This document shows positions 10,500 to 21,080 of a DNA stretch of 64,000 bases, piece by piece (position 1 is the first letter of the stretch; each line of letters begins with the position of its first letter). The DNA lies in IMG/VR virus record IMGVR_UViG_3300045999_008055; one strand, written 5' to 3'. This DNA comes from a virus. The notes under the pieces are model-generated. The model was not told the origin of the DNA. It saw only the letters and a list, made by a program, of their open reading frames with translations, and made no database searches. The position numbers were made by a program, and so were the translations under genes.

Positions 10500-10958
10500 T
10501 TAGTCTACGTATTCTTCTGTAGCGTCTTTGCAGCCTGCGGCGATTGCATTAAGAACTTTTACAGCAAGAGCTGCGTCTCCATTTAGTTTAGCGAATTGTG
10601 CGGCGTATATATCTTTAAGTGCTACAATATATTTTGCCCAGTGAGTTTTTTCTGCTGGAAGATAATCAGTAAGAGCTTTTTGGAGTTGATCTGGAGTTGG
10701 AGTCTGACCAACTGTAAGACTCTCTACAACTGTAGCTATATGATTAATCATCTTTGCTTTCTCTACTCTATCTTCTGGAGAAAGAGCCTGTTCGAGAACA
10801 ACTGTGCAAGCAAGAATAACTGCTGGCTTAATATAAGGAAGAGCATTTTCTACTGCAGTTGTTCCACCGATTTGATTATCTCCACCTGTATTTGTAGTAG
10901 AGCAACCAATTATAAAAATACCCATAAGGGCAACAGCAATGATGTTTAATTTATTCAT
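10500..10958 (-). CDS. Lipoprotein
   Basis: Signal peptide with lipobox IIGC. Confidence 0.6.
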   Translation of the reverse strand: MNKLNIIAVALMGIFIIGCSTTNTGGDNQIGGTTAVENALPYIKPAVILACTVVLEQALSPEDRVEKAKMINHIATVVESLTVGQTPTPDQLQKALTDYLPAEKTHWAKYIVALKDIYAAQFAKLNGDAALAVKVLNAIAAGCKDATEEYVD

Positions 10959-11254
10959 ATATTTTCTCCATGTCCTATTTCTTTCTTTACTCTTTTTTTC
11001 GCTTCTTTTGTTTGAGCTACTTTGCCACCAGTTACGGCAGCATCTTTTACTGTAAGAGCAAAAATTATACCACTTACGACTGCTATGAGCTTAGAAAAAC
11101 CAATAATATATTCTTCTAATTTATTTGGTAAAAATGCTACCAACGAATTATCTCCATGAATAGCGAAAGCTGTTGATACAGCTACAACTGTGATAATGCC
11201 AGATGTACTTGAACGCCAATTAGGACCAAATAATTTAAATAGCATATTCTTCAT
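10955..11254 (-). CDS. Holin candidate
   Basis: 99 aa, two hydrophobic segments, NWRSS..G and KDA.VTGG pattern, basic C-terminus, upstream of the lysin. Confidence 0.6.
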   Translation of the reverse strand: MKNMLFKLFGPNWRSSTSGIITVVAVSTAFAIHGDNSLVAFLPNKLEEYIIGFSKLIAVVSGIIFALTVKDAAVTGGKVAQTKEAKKRVKKEIGHGENI

Positions 11255-11309
11255 AATAGATTACACTATATTATATATACTTATAATGACATTATCAAAA
11301 TAAATTAAA

Positions 11310-11993
11310 TTAATAAATTCTATATTTATTATTAAGATAAGATTCTAAATTTGCAATATTTTGCGCGCTAATTACATTATCAAAAACAAGAATTTCGCTT
11401 ATATAAACATTTGCCTGTTGTCCACCACCACTATCATTTCCAACGTATAAAAACGATCTACTAAAAAAACCGCTTCCATTTGATTCAGTCCTATCTATTT
11501 GCCCATTCAATCGAAATGTGTAATTAATTCCATTATCTGAAAGTGTAGCTATAATAGCTGAGGTATTTGCGGCAATAGTAGTATTTGCTGCTCTTTCAAT
11601 GTTAAAGTAAGATCCCCAAGTATTTCCTAAAATTGCGCTATATAAGCTACCACCAGTAGCTTCTAGAATTGCCGCGTATTGACTTGGTTGAGATGCTAAA
11701 GTTTTTATAACAGCGTAGATTGTTTTAGCTGTAACAATATTATTTCCTCTGAGTCTTCCAGAATTAAATTTAATCGCGGGATTCCCATTTATAATATTAG
11801 ACTCAAGAACAGAATTAGCTGTTTGATTAGATAAATTATTTACATTTCCACTCTGATCTTTCCAAGAAGTAACAACACCACCACTCACAGTTACATCCGC
11901 ATCAGCTTTAACCCAAAGTTTCAATCCTGGAATACGCGTAGGACTAAAAGAACTTGAAATTATTCCACTCGAAACAGATGGCAATATTATCAT
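11310..11993 (-). CDS. LamG/concanavalin-like virion protein
   Basis: LKLWVKAD..VTSWKDQSGN and ISEILVFD..LESYLNNKY motifs. Confidence 0.65.
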   Translation of the reverse strand: MIILPSVSSGIISSSFSPTRIPGLKLWVKADADVTVSGGVVTSWKDQSGNVNNLSNQTANSVLESNIINGNPAIKFNSGRLRGNNIVTAKTIYAVIKTLASQPSQYAAILEATGGSLYSAILGNTWGSYFNIERAANTTIAANTSAIIATLSDNGINYTFRLNGQIDRTESNGSGFFSRSFLYVGNDSGGGQQANVYISEILVFDNVISAQNIANLESYLNNKYRIY

Positions 11994-12469
11994 ATTGTAT
12001 TTCCATACATTATATATCTATTATTTCCCGTGTGAAGAAGTGAAATTGATGCTCCTGATCCTGCTGTTCTGTATTGATTATTATAGCTTAATATAGGAAT
12101 TGCGGCATTAAATCCGCTTCCTGTAACAAAAATTTGACCAGCTCCTATTTGAATTATTGTTGTATTAAATCCAATTACATTTCCACTTACAATTGTTCCA
12201 GTAATTTGATTCTGCGAATTAGCTAAAATGACTCGTCCATTATCATTTCCAGATATAATAAAATTCGTTGCTTCATTGACAAATTGTGGAACTGCATTTA
12301 CTAGTACAGAATTATTTAAATCTACAGTCGCATTTTGTATTGTTACATCAACTCCAGAAAGATTTAGATTATCAACATTATTTAAATTAACTTCATTAAA
12401 TGAAGCTTTATTAAATTCTCCACTTTTGAAGACCTGAAGATATGATGTTTGAATTCTAAGATCACTCAT
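11990..12469 (-). CDS. Tail fibre-related protein
   Basis: DNGRVI..GFNTTIIQIGAGQI..YIMYGN C-terminal fibre-type domain. Confidence 0.55.
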   Translation of the reverse strand: MSDLRIQTSYLQVFKSGEFNKASFNEVNLNNVDNLNLSGVDVTIQNATVDLNNSVLVNAVPQFVNEATNFIISGNDNGRVILANSQNQITGTIVSGNVIGFNTTIIQIGAGQIFVTGSGFNAAIPILSYNNQYRTAGSGASISLLHTGNNRYIMYGNTI

Positions 12470-12485
12470 AATATTTTATACTCCA

Positions 12486-12590
12486 TGAACTGACAGGGCT
12501 GCCCCAACCCATGGGGTAGCCACTGGGCCAGAACAAACCATGCACCGGCCACTGGGCTGCGGGATTCCACCGCCGCGCCTTGTCAATTCA
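12486..12590 (-). ncRNA. Candidate structured RNA (four-way junction); strand assumed from the operon
   Basis: 61 of 90 bases G+C at 12491-12580 in an AT-rich operon; 14-bp closing stem enclosing three hairpins. Confidence 0.55.
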
Positions 12591-12599
12591 CCTTGTATG

Positions 12600-13343
12600 T
12601 TAAATTTTAATAAATCCATAATCTTTTCCATATTCTGCACCTCCACCAGCATGATAAACAAATCTTTCTACTTGTGTAAAATCGTAATTTGCCCCAGTTA
12701 TTGTCATAACTGTATTTGGTCCGTCAAATCCGCTTACAAGTCTAGGAGCATCATCCGCAGCAAAATTAAATCTTAAAGTCAATATAGGATCATTTGTAAG
12801 ATTTGTTCCTGGTCCTTGAAATGCTAATGGTATAACTGGACCATATCCACTTGGAACATCTATATTAACTATAGTTTCTAAAAATCTAACTTTTGGTTTT
12901 ACCCATTGAGCAGCGCCTGGTGTTTGTAGTCCAGTTATTCTAACAAAATTATTTCTAAACGTAGAATGAGTTCTCATCTGAGAGAGTGTATAACCACTAT
13001 ATAGACCAGATGTTAAGTTTATACCTCTTGAAGGCGTTATTATCCCAGATGCTAACAGATAACTTTTACTTGTATACGTATAATTTTTGTCAGAACCATT
13101 TGTACCAATTATATTTATAACACTATTATTTCTTATTCCTGTGGTATCAACTTGTTTTTCAAACTGGGTCTTTAAAGAAGTTAGATGTATTAATTTAAAT
13201 GAATCTCCTGGAGCATATAGATTTAAAAATTCATTATAAACATTAGCTAATCCTGTAATTGGTAAATTATTGACTGTTCCGCTAATAGCCGCGTCAAGTT
13301 CATTTCTATTTATTTGTTTTAATCTAATTAGATTGTCAGCCAT
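12600..13343 (-). CDS. Putative virion structural protein
   Basis: 247 aa, overlaps the portal stop; Ser/Thr/Gly-rich. Confidence 0.65.
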   Translation of the reverse strand: MADNLIRLKQINRNELDAAISGTVNNLPITGLANVYNEFLNLYAPGDSFKLIHLTSLKTQFEKQVDTTGIRNNSVINIIGTNGSDKNYTYTSKSYLLASGIITPSRGINLTSGLYSGYTLSQMRTHSTFRNNFVRITGLQTPGAAQWVKPKVRFLETIVNIDVPSGYGPVIPLAFQGPGTNLTNDPILTLRFNFAADDAPRLVSGFDGPNTVMTITGANYDFTQVERFVYHAGGGAEYGKDYGFIKI

Positions 13344-15282
13344 TTTTTATATCCTCAATCTTTTTACTATGATAAAGAATACTTGCTACATAACTATCAA
13401 TGCTATGTTCCACGGCAATACTTTCAATTTCATTTATTGTATTTGGATTTTTATCTTTAGGATTTGTTAAATATTCTGCTATAACATTTTCCCAATTCTC
13501 TGGAGATTCATTTGAAGCAATAATTTTAACTATTTCAAATGCAACATCTTTTTGTTGTTTTGATAATTTTCTTAAAGAATGCTTTTCCCTAAGAGAAGCT
13601 TCAACCTTTTCTTGTAATCTTGATGCAAGAATAAAATTATCTTTAATTTTCTCTATATCAAATAGTGCGGCTCTAGCCTGTCTTCCCTCACCAACTGGTT
13701 TAACATTTTTAGTTGTTTGAGGAATTCCAGTAGATCCAGCTGGTCTACCAGGCTCACCCATTTTTGCGCCACCAATAAGTGGTTGATAATATCCTTGATC
13801 TTTTAATTCTCTAAGTTTTTGTTGAGATTGGACTGAACTTTCTGGATCTGGAAGTTTACCGGTTTCAATTGCTGTAATTCCTTCTTCTGGAGTTAAAATT
13901 CCTAGCTCTATCAATCTTGTATATACTCTTGAATATTGAATATCATCTTTTAAATCAATATCTTCAAAATAAGGTGTTGGATAATTTTTAAATCCAAGTT
14001 CTTTACTAATTCTACGAATCTCTGGATATAAGAAATTATTTATAAAAGATTCGCGAGCTTGTTTTAGTCTTTCAATAAATACTTGTACTTTTATGCTTTC
14101 ATTCGCAAATTTTTCATTTCCGATTAAGATATTATTTAAACCAATTTGAATATCGCGATCAACGATCTGATATTTTTCTGGGCCCATTAGATTACCTATG
14201 TTTGGAATAATAAATTCTGCTTTAGTTGTATAATCTGCAATAAGAACACGACCAACGCTTTGATTCGTAAATAATGATTGCATTGCCTCTAAATTCTTCT
14301 GATTAATTCCGCCCTTCTCTGGTTCTGTGCCCATCGTGACTAATAGAATAATTTGCTGTAATGAACGCGCTACGGCCATGTCCATCTTTTTCATTTCTGC
14401 TTTCCAATTAATATCTTCGAGTACTGGAAAGCCCATAGGAACCGCAAATGGTTCGTAATCTTGTTTCTTATAAAATACAGCGCAAAGCCTATTGCGGTCA
14501 AGAGGAAGAGTTAGAATTCCAACTCTAGTTTTTGTAATAAGTTTTTGAGTTTCTGGAGGTAGACTCTTTAATACTTCAAGATCTTCTTCGGTTTTTGGAG
14601 CCTTCAATCTTTCAAGTTCATAATCTGTTAAAATTTTATAATATCTTCCAACGGAAAAATTAATTGTTCCGCCAATTTGAACGTCTGCAGGATTAATTAT
14701 GTTGTATCTTGCTGGTAGCATAATATTTGCAGCTTTTGAAGATAAACCAAAAGTCTGAGTAATTTTACTTACGTCTTCTGGTTGAATCTTCGTATCAAAA
14801 CGATATATAAATACATTTCCGCTACGATAATATTCTCTAAAAAATTGATCTTGAAGATCAAACATGTTAATCTTCTTTAACCATGCGCTAAAAAAATCTC
14901 TACTCTTTTGACTACCGCCTTTAAAATAAATATCACTACAAGAAAACTCTGTCATTAGATCAATGGTATTTCTGAATATAGCGAAATTATAGTAACATTT
15001 TTGACATAAGATAACTGCGTCTCGAACATTCATATTCGAGCCATTCGATATGCCAGTGGAATATCTAAAAGGAATTAATCCATCATCAATATTTTTATAT
15101 CTATTAGTTCTAGTAATATCTGCGGCAGCATTTCTCCTAGTTTGAGTATGAGAGGAATCGCCCGAGTCTGAACCAGCTACAGCAGCTTGTATCTGATAAT
15201 TTGTAGACGCATCCGAAACCATAAGAGGTTGAATTTCGTTACTTTTAGTAATTTTTTCTTGTTTTTTTGATTTTTTGGACAT
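13336..15282 (-). CDS. Portal protein
   Basis: 648 aa immediately after the terminase; FREYYRSGNVF and KKQDYEPFAVP motifs typical of large-phage portals. Confidence 0.75.
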   Translation of the reverse strand: MSKKSKKQEKITKSNEIQPLMVSDASTNYQIQAAVAGSDSGDSSHTQTRRNAAADITRTNRYKNIDDGLIPFRYSTGISNGSNMNVRDAVILCQKCYYNFAIFRNTIDLMTEFSCSDIYFKGGSQKSRDFFSAWLKKINMFDLQDQFFREYYRSGNVFIYRFDTKIQPEDVSKITQTFGLSSKAANIMLPARYNIINPADVQIGGTINFSVGRYYKILTDYELERLKAPKTEEDLEVLKSLPPETQKLITKTRVGILTLPLDRNRLCAVFYKKQDYEPFAVPMGFPVLEDINWKAEMKKMDMAVARSLQQIILLVTMGTEPEKGGINQKNLEAMQSLFTNQSVGRVLIADYTTKAEFIIPNIGNLMGPEKYQIVDRDIQIGLNNILIGNEKFANESIKVQVFIERLKQARESFINNFLYPEIRRISKELGFKNYPTPYFEDIDLKDDIQYSRVYTRLIELGILTPEEGITAIETGKLPDPESSVQSQQKLRELKDQGYYQPLIGGAKMGEPGRPAGSTGIPQTTKNVKPVGEGRQARAALFDIEKIKDNFILASRLQEKVEASLREKHSLRKLSKQQKDVAFEIVKIIASNESPENWENVIAEYLTNPKDKNPNTINEIESIAVEHSIDSYVASILYHSKKIEDIKNG

Positions 15283-15303
15283 TTTACTTGTAAATATTAC
15301 ACA

Positions 15304-17148
15304 TTATCTGATCATAATAGGCGAAAAAGTAGGTTGTACTTCAACTATTTGAGTTGTCATTATATCATTATAGCACTTTACAGCCCAATTCGCTAACATA
15401 AATGCGGAATAATTATCTTTTCTAGCTTTATTAGCAGAAGCGCTTCTCTTTAAATGTTGAGGTAAGTCAAAGCTTTGGGTTCCTCGACTAGTGGTAGAAT
15501 GTTCTATTAAAACGCATTGTTTTTTCGTTTGATATATAAAATCATCTTGATTCTCAATAAAATCTAATACTGTCCAATCTTTCTTATCATCTGTTTTCAT
15601 CAATTCTAAGGGAACATTTAATGCTATTGTTTCATTAAATGATGCTTCATCTGAGGCTGTACGACTAGCAAACCATACTCTTTTATAATCAATACATGCT
15701 TGAAGATACTCATTCGCCTTACGAATAAAACTGCTGGTAAAAACTTGATTAAATGCAATTCTTTTATTTTCCAAATTATATTGATTCTTTATGTTTCTAA
15801 CCATCATATCGTAATCTGCACCTTCAAGATCTGAATCGAAATCTAATGTCTTAATTTCAATTCTATCTTGTTTAAATAAATTAGATTCATTGCATGCGGA
15901 TAAAAATGTATCAGCACCAGCATTATCAATAATCATGAAAACAATATTAAAATTTTTCATTATGTAATATAGATAATTAACATGATTTTTAAGATTACCT
16001 AGACCAGCATATGTATGAACTAAAACTCCTTGTTTTCTCTCTTCGTCATATTCCATAACAGCCATAGCAAAATAATCTGCATTTGGACTATCACTCATGT
16101 TAGGATCGATTCCAAGAATATATTTTTTCTTCGGATCTCCTCGCATTAATGTGTGGGGCTTTTCTCCAGTTTTTAATGTACATTCTTCCATCTTTTTAGC
16201 ATTAAAATAGCTATCACTTCCATCGGTGAATTGAGCGCAATATTCTCTTAAAAATCCACTATGACTTGATCCACCAGCTTGGGCTTCTTCAATAATTGTT
16301 TTATCTATCATTTCTTCTGGTAAAGCCTCGTAACTCATTTGGCTAACAAAATAAGTTGCTTCTCCCTTTTCTTGACTATTTATTTTTTCACACCATTCAT
16401 TATAAGTTTTATAAAGATTTTCGAATGTATAACTTGCAGATGAAAGAGCTATCATTTTACTTGTATTTTCAAAAACCATTCTATCTTTTTCTTGCATTAC
16501 TCCTTCTGATATCAATTTATCTTCAAACTCACGGATCTCCATTCTTTCTTTCATATTCTGTGGAGCAACTAAGAATGGCATTAATACGTTCTTAATAATT
16601 TCTTCTGGTAATAAAAGAAACTCGTCAAGCACAAGAATATTTGCTCGAAAACCTCGAATTTTTTCTCCATTAAGAGGAATTGCGACAATGCTTCCATTAT
16701 TAATTTGCCATTCAAATTGATCATTTCTTTTTGCTTTCGCTCCAAAACATTGAGAAAGTAATTCTGCTCCAGGACTTTGTACGATTTTTTCTAAATTATT
16801 AAAAATAAATCTTGCAGTTCTAAATGTTGGACCAGCTATAAGAATTTTCGTGTTTGGTTCAAATATACATTGAAGAAAACAAAATACTGCGGCCATAAAG
16901 GATTTTCCACAACCACGACCAAATACGCACATATTAAAATTTCTGTTCATCATAGCTTTAAGATGAATCTCCTGATAAGCCGCAAGTTTAACTCCACTAA
17001 TTAATTCAACTGTAAACCCAATATTAGCTCTTAAAAACTTAGCTAAACTAATTTTTGCTTCCCTATCATTAAGAAATCCTTTTAATTCAGATAATTCTGC
17101 ATTAACATCTTTAATTTCTTTAAAATATTTCTCTGGACAAAAGATCAT
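15304..17148 (-). CDS. terL: Terminase large subunit
   Basis: Walker A GRGCGKS, Walker B LVLDE, motif III LSSA, FLREY and RNase H-like LGIDP..KDNYSA. Confidence 0.9.
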   Translation of the reverse strand: MIFCPEKYFKEIKDVNAELSELKGFLNDREAKISLAKFLRANIGFTVELISGVKLAAYQEIHLKAMMNRNFNMCVFGRGCGKSFMAAVFCFLQCIFEPNTKILIAGPTFRTARFIFNNLEKIVQSPGAELLSQCFGAKAKRNDQFEWQINNGSIVAIPLNGEKIRGFRANILVLDEFLLLPEEIIKNVLMPFLVAPQNMKERMEIREFEDKLISEGVMQEKDRMVFENTSKMIALSSASYTFENLYKTYNEWCEKINSQEKGEATYFVSQMSYEALPEEMIDKTIIEEAQAGGSSHSGFLREYCAQFTDGSDSYFNAKKMEECTLKTGEKPHTLMRGDPKKKYILGIDPNMSDSPNADYFAMAVMEYDEERKQGVLVHTYAGLGNLKNHVNYLYYIMKNFNIVFMIIDNAGADTFLSACNESNLFKQDRIEIKTLDFDSDLEGADYDMMVRNIKNQYNLENKRIAFNQVFTSSFIRKANEYLQACIDYKRVWFASRTASDEASFNETIALNVPLELMKTDDKKDWTVLDFIENQDDFIYQTKKQCVLIEHSTTSRGTQSFDLPQHLKRSASANKARKDNYSAFMLANWAVKCYNDIMTTQIVEVQPTFSPIMIR

Positions 17149-18080
17149 ATAATTTTCATATCATATGCTAGTTGTAAATCTATTTTTTTATAAAAACATT
17201 TACTAGCAAATATAGCCTCGATTAATCTAGTCATCTCTTTTCTACCATCAACAAATAAAAATTGTAAATTATCATAGCTTTGTAAAAGTTCTCTTACATT
17301 ATGAAATATGTACTCTGGGGTTGCTTTTATTTTTTTACTTATATGAGGAAGATATTGAAAACTTAAGGCATTCGTAAGTACTTCTTCTACCATAACAATA
17401 ACATAAGAATTATTCTTTCTGGCTTTTTCTATTTCATTTTTAAAACGATCATAGTTCTTAACGCTTAGTGTGCTTATGAAATCGCTAAGACTTTTTCTTT
17501 CTATAAAACATCCACAATTATCATTTGAACAGGCATAATCTCCAAATGATAAGGTCTTAATTTCAAATGGTGTGTTAAATTTAAGCCAACTTTGTTCTCT
17601 TGTGTCTACATAAATTATATCTTTTTGTGTCAATCTATTTTTAAAATTATCTCCAATTAAATTAGGATGAATAAATTTATTTTCTAATCCAATCGAAGAA
17701 CAGACATTGTAATAATCTTTAAATATTTTATTATAAAATATGATTGATGGCGCCATTATTGTTCTTAGCTCTACTTGAGTCGGAGAATATATTAAATTTT
17801 TTGATTCTTTTCTTTTAATTAATAATTCCTTGCAATATTCTCTTGATCTTTCTGTTGGCTGTTCTTTCAGCCATTTTTTCATATTATTTTTATCATTAAA
17901 ATCGCTATTAAGATACTGTTCTTTAGTTTTAAAATTTATTAATTCATTTGTAAGTAGATCGCGACGCTCATAATAAGTTTGATAGTATTTTACTTTATTT
18001 AAACCATAGCCTTTAAGCGCAAGATGAAGACTTTTTTCATCTTTAAATTCCTTACCATCTACTTTACATATTACGCTCAT
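17145..18080 (-). CDS. ERCC4 (XPF/Mus81-like) endonuclease
   Basis: VDTREQ..GDY..IERKSLSDF signature. Confidence 0.8.
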   Translation of the reverse strand: MSVICKVDGKEFKDEKSLHLALKGYGLNKVKYYQTYYERRDLLTNELINFKTKEQYLNSDFNDKNNMKKWLKEQPTERSREYCKELLIKRKESKNLIYSPTQVELRTIMAPSIIFYNKIFKDYYNVCSSIGLENKFIHPNLIGDNFKNRLTQKDIIYVDTREQSWLKFNTPFEIKTLSFGDYACSNDNCGCFIERKSLSDFISTLSVKNYDRFKNEIEKARKNNSYVIVMVEEVLTNALSFQYLPHISKKIKATPEYIFHNVRELLQSYDNLQFLFVDGRKEMTRLIEAIFASKCFYKKIDLQLAYDMKII

Positions 18081-19171
18081 CCATTTAAAATCTCATCTTT
18101 AGATATGCCTAATATCTTGCATTTTAATTCATCCATTGTAGTAAGTCTATCGATTTCTTTTTCAACAACTTGTTTTCGCATCTCTGCCATCTTTAGAAGT
18201 TTAGCTCTGCTTTCTTCTTCTTTCCACATTTGCACGAGATTGATAATCGAAGCAGTTTCTTTGACTTGCTTGCTCAATCTCTCGCTTCTTTTTACTTTAA
18301 GATCATTAAGAAGTTTTTGTTGGCGATTAACACAGTCATTATATTCTTTACGTGCAGTATTACTAGCTTCAACAACAGCCATTGGTATCTTTCCGTCAGC
18401 TTCCATAGAAATATCAATTTGATTTTGAAGCGCATTAATTGTTTGTTGAATATTTGATGAAATCACAACTTCTGTAGACAGAACAATATATTGATCCACC
18501 TCTTCTTGAGTTAGATCACTTTTATCATAGGTATAACGAACAAAACTGCTTTCAAAAAGTTCTCGATCTCTTTCATCGCTGTACAAATTAATCTGATGAA
18601 TAAATCTAAAAGTATTCATATATCCTATTAGTGAAGAGATATCTTTTTTATGTTTATGAGTTAATTTATTTTTATCAACTCCATCCATAATGTATCTATT
18701 AATCTTTGCTATCATTCTATCTTCACTTTTTGGTGGACGATATTCTTCTGTAGAAAGATTTTCATTTTCTTGATTATTATATTTTATATTTGTTGGTAAT
18801 GTTTTAATGTATTCTAAAACGCTACGGGTTTCTTGAGAAAGATTAGTGAGTTCTTCGTTTTTAAATAAAATTTTAGCGATCTCTAATCCAGTCATTGTTG
18901 AACAATTATTACCGATGTATTCTTTTTGTTCTAGATTTAATTCAATTAATCCTTTTGCTTGATATTCGTGACTCTTCTTTGGTTTTATTTGTCTTGAAGC
19001 TAAAAATTCTTTAACTGCTTTGCCCTCTTTGCTTCTTCCGTCTAAATCGTCTCTATTAAAAGCTAATCTTACTAATTCTACAAGTGATGGCGGATTATCT
19101 GGACGATTATTCCATTCCGTTAAAAGTTTTAATTCTTGTTCTTTAGTTAGAGTTGGTAAATTATCGTTCAT
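18077..19171 (-). CDS. Hypothetical helical protein, possible small terminase
   Basis: 364 aa, coiled-coil C-terminal half, two genes upstream of terL; function inferred from position only. Confidence 0.5.
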   Translation of the reverse strand: MNDNLPTLTKEQELKLLTEWNNRPDNPPSLVELVRLAFNRDDLDGRSKEGKAVKEFLASRQIKPKKSHEYQAKGLIELNLEQKEYIGNNCSTMTGLEIAKILFKNEELTNLSQETRSVLEYIKTLPTNIKYNNQENENLSTEEYRPPKSEDRMIAKINRYIMDGVDKNKLTHKHKKDISSLIGYMNTFRFIHQINLYSDERDRELFESSFVRYTYDKSDLTQEEVDQYIVLSTEVVISSNIQQTINALQNQIDISMEADGKIPMAVVEASNTARKEYNDCVNRQQKLLNDLKVKRSERLSKQVKETASIINLVQMWKEEESRAKLLKMAEMRKQVVEKEIDRLTTMDELKCKILGISKDEILNG

Positions 19172-19172
19172 A

Positions 19173-19853
19173 TTAATGAATATCTATATCGCCATTATAT
19201 AAATGTTTTTTTACTTTAACTATAATTATCTTTTTTATATTTTTAATTTGTTTATATCCAGCAATTCTATTCTTCTCACTTGTTCTATAACCCATTAATT
19301 TTGCAGTTTGCTCTTCATCTTTACCTTCAATATATAAATATTTATAAACTTTCCATTCAATCGGTTTTAAAACTTTCTCCATCTTCTTATGTATATTCTG
19401 AGCAGTTTCTTCCATATTAAAATTATTAGTTGGCATATCATTGATTTCTTGAGAGTGATTCTCTATGCTAAGTGTCAACTTTGTATCGTGCGCGCTTTTC
19501 TTACTTCTTTCCCAATTAGCGTATAGAGGACACGCATTACATTGCTGTCCGTAAATTGAACAGCCTTCTTCGCTCTCTGCTGCTGCACATTTAAGACATG
19601 GGCGAGTAAAATTACTATAATTATTTCTTATTAAATTTTTAATTTGGTTACTGATAATACGATTAACCCAAGGGGCTAATGGTTTTTTATGATCATAAAG
19701 ATGCCATTTTTTATAAATATGTATTCTTAGTATCTGAGATACATCACTAAAATCCATCCAGTTTATCGCTGTTAAATTCCACTTACTTTTTCTTTTAATT
19801 ATTTCGGAATTTATTACGTCAATTAAGCTTTCGAATGAGGGCTTTTTAGCCAT
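19173..19853 (-). CDS. Phage sigma70-family sigma factor (late sigma candidate)
   Basis: Region-2-like DFSDVSQ..KWHLYD..WVNRIISNQIKNLIR, a Cys cluster insert, and a region-4-like HTH EEQTAKLMGY. Confidence 0.7.
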   Translation of the reverse strand: MAKKPSFESLIDVINSEIIKRKSKWNLTAINWMDFSDVSQILRIHIYKKWHLYDHKKPLAPWVNRIISNQIKNLIRNNYSNFTRPCLKCAAAESEEGCSIYGQQCNACPLYANWERSKKSAHDTKLTLSIENHSQEINDMPTNNFNMEETAQNIHKKMEKVLKPIEWKVYKYLYIEGKDEEQTAKLMGYRTSEKNRIAGYKQIKNIKKIIIVKVKKHLYNGDIDIH

Positions 19854-20304
19854 CTTGTCTTCCTCTTGAGGATGGACGAATTGCTCCAGCTTCTCTCTTG
19901 AAGTCTTCTAGAAACTTTTTGCGATCTGTCTTCGTTGAAGGTTTTCCTTTTATCTTTTCTCTTTTTGCTCCAGATTTTGCACTTCCAAGAATATCTCCAA
20001 TCTTTGTTTTTTTAGGGACAGGATTTTCTTGAAGTTCTATATCTAGACTACCAATGTTTGGAACATGATTTACATCTGTAAATTCATCGTCATTTTCGTC
20101 ATCATAATCTTCAACTTCAGCTTTTCTTTCTAGTTTTGGTAAGATTCTTTTTGGTGTTTTTGGTTGATCTGCTGTAGGTTTTTGTAATAAAACTTTATTA
20201 ACAATTAACTTGTCAAATGGTGTTCCGCATGAACTACAAAATTTAGGTTTAGCGGAAGTATAAGTAGTTGGATTACCACATTCTGTACAATATATTTTAA
20301 GCAT
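19846..20304 (-). CDS. Zinc-ribbon protein
   Basis: YCTECG..KFCSSCG. Confidence 0.7.
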   Translation of the reverse strand: MLKIYCTECGNPTTYTSAKPKFCSSCGTPFDKLIVNKVLLQKPTADQPKTPKRILPKLERKAEVEDYDDENDDEFTDVNHVPNIGSLDIELQENPVPKKTKIGDILGSAKSGAKREKIKGKPSTKTDRKKFLEDFKREAGAIRPSSRGRQDG

Positions 20305-20340
20305 AATACTAATTATACTTTAATTTAATTAAAATATCAA

Positions 20341-21063
20341 CTATTTTAGTTGTTCAAATTTCTCAATAATATAAGCTAAAATATCATTTCGCATAATATC
20401 ATCTGTGCCAAATTTGAAAGTAACTATTCCTTTATCTGCGCTTTTCTTATCATCGAATAGATTATATATCTTTTCAAATCCACTATTTTTAATATCTGAT
20501 TGACGTATATCTCCAATTAATATTAATTTACTAAATCTTCCCATTCTTGTAGTAATTAATAAAAGGTCATGTATACTTAAATTTTGAGCTTCGTCACATA
20601 TAATATAACTAGCATTTATACTTAAACCTCTTAAAAATCCTACTGGTAAACCTTTTACTCTCTCTTCTTTTAATAATCTTTCTACTTGACTTTTTGGTAA
20701 TAATTCATGTAATTTATCCATTAATGGTTGCAAATAAGGATCTAATTTGCTATGTAAGTCACCTTTAAGGAAACCTAAATTATGAGTAGAACTTTCAACT
20801 GGATTACGAATGTAAAATATTTCACCTATTTTTTTATCATTTAAAGATCTTAAAGCAGAATATACAGATAACAAGCTTTTGGCTGTTCCTGCTGGACCTT
20901 TACAGAATACTATTTTTGTTTCTTTATTCTGTATAAGTTCTATAAATTTCTTTTGATTATCTGTCCATTGTAATTCACGAATATCCAAGAAACCTTCAAT
21001 TTTATCTCTTTGAGGAACTACTGGTGACTTATCTTCTTGTTTACGTTTATTCTTTTTAGACAT
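20341..21063 (-). CDS. phoH: PhoH-family ATPase
   Basis: GPAGTAKS, LGFLKG, FLRG, DEAQN, TRMG, GDIRQSD. Confidence 0.9.
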   Translation of the reverse strand: MSKKNKRKQEDKSPVVPQRDKIEGFLDIRELQWTDNQKKFIELIQNKETKIVFCKGPAGTAKSLLSVYSALRSLNDKKIGEIFYIRNPVESSTHNLGFLKGDLHSKLDPYLQPLMDKLHELLPKSQVERLLKEERVKGLPVGFLRGLSINASYIICDEAQNLSIHDLLLITTRMGRFSKLILIGDIRQSDIKNSGFEKIYNLFDDKKSADKGIVTFKFGTDDIMRNDILAYIIEKFEQLK

Positions 21064-21080
21064 TATACTTACATGATAAT

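Noticed and set aside
12476-12661. 61-aa ORF or programmed frameshift extension of the 12600-13343 gene
   Set aside because: It would need a +1 shift with no clear in-frame slippery site; its GC-rich codons are unlike neighbouring genes and are better explained by RNA structure. Not fully excluded.
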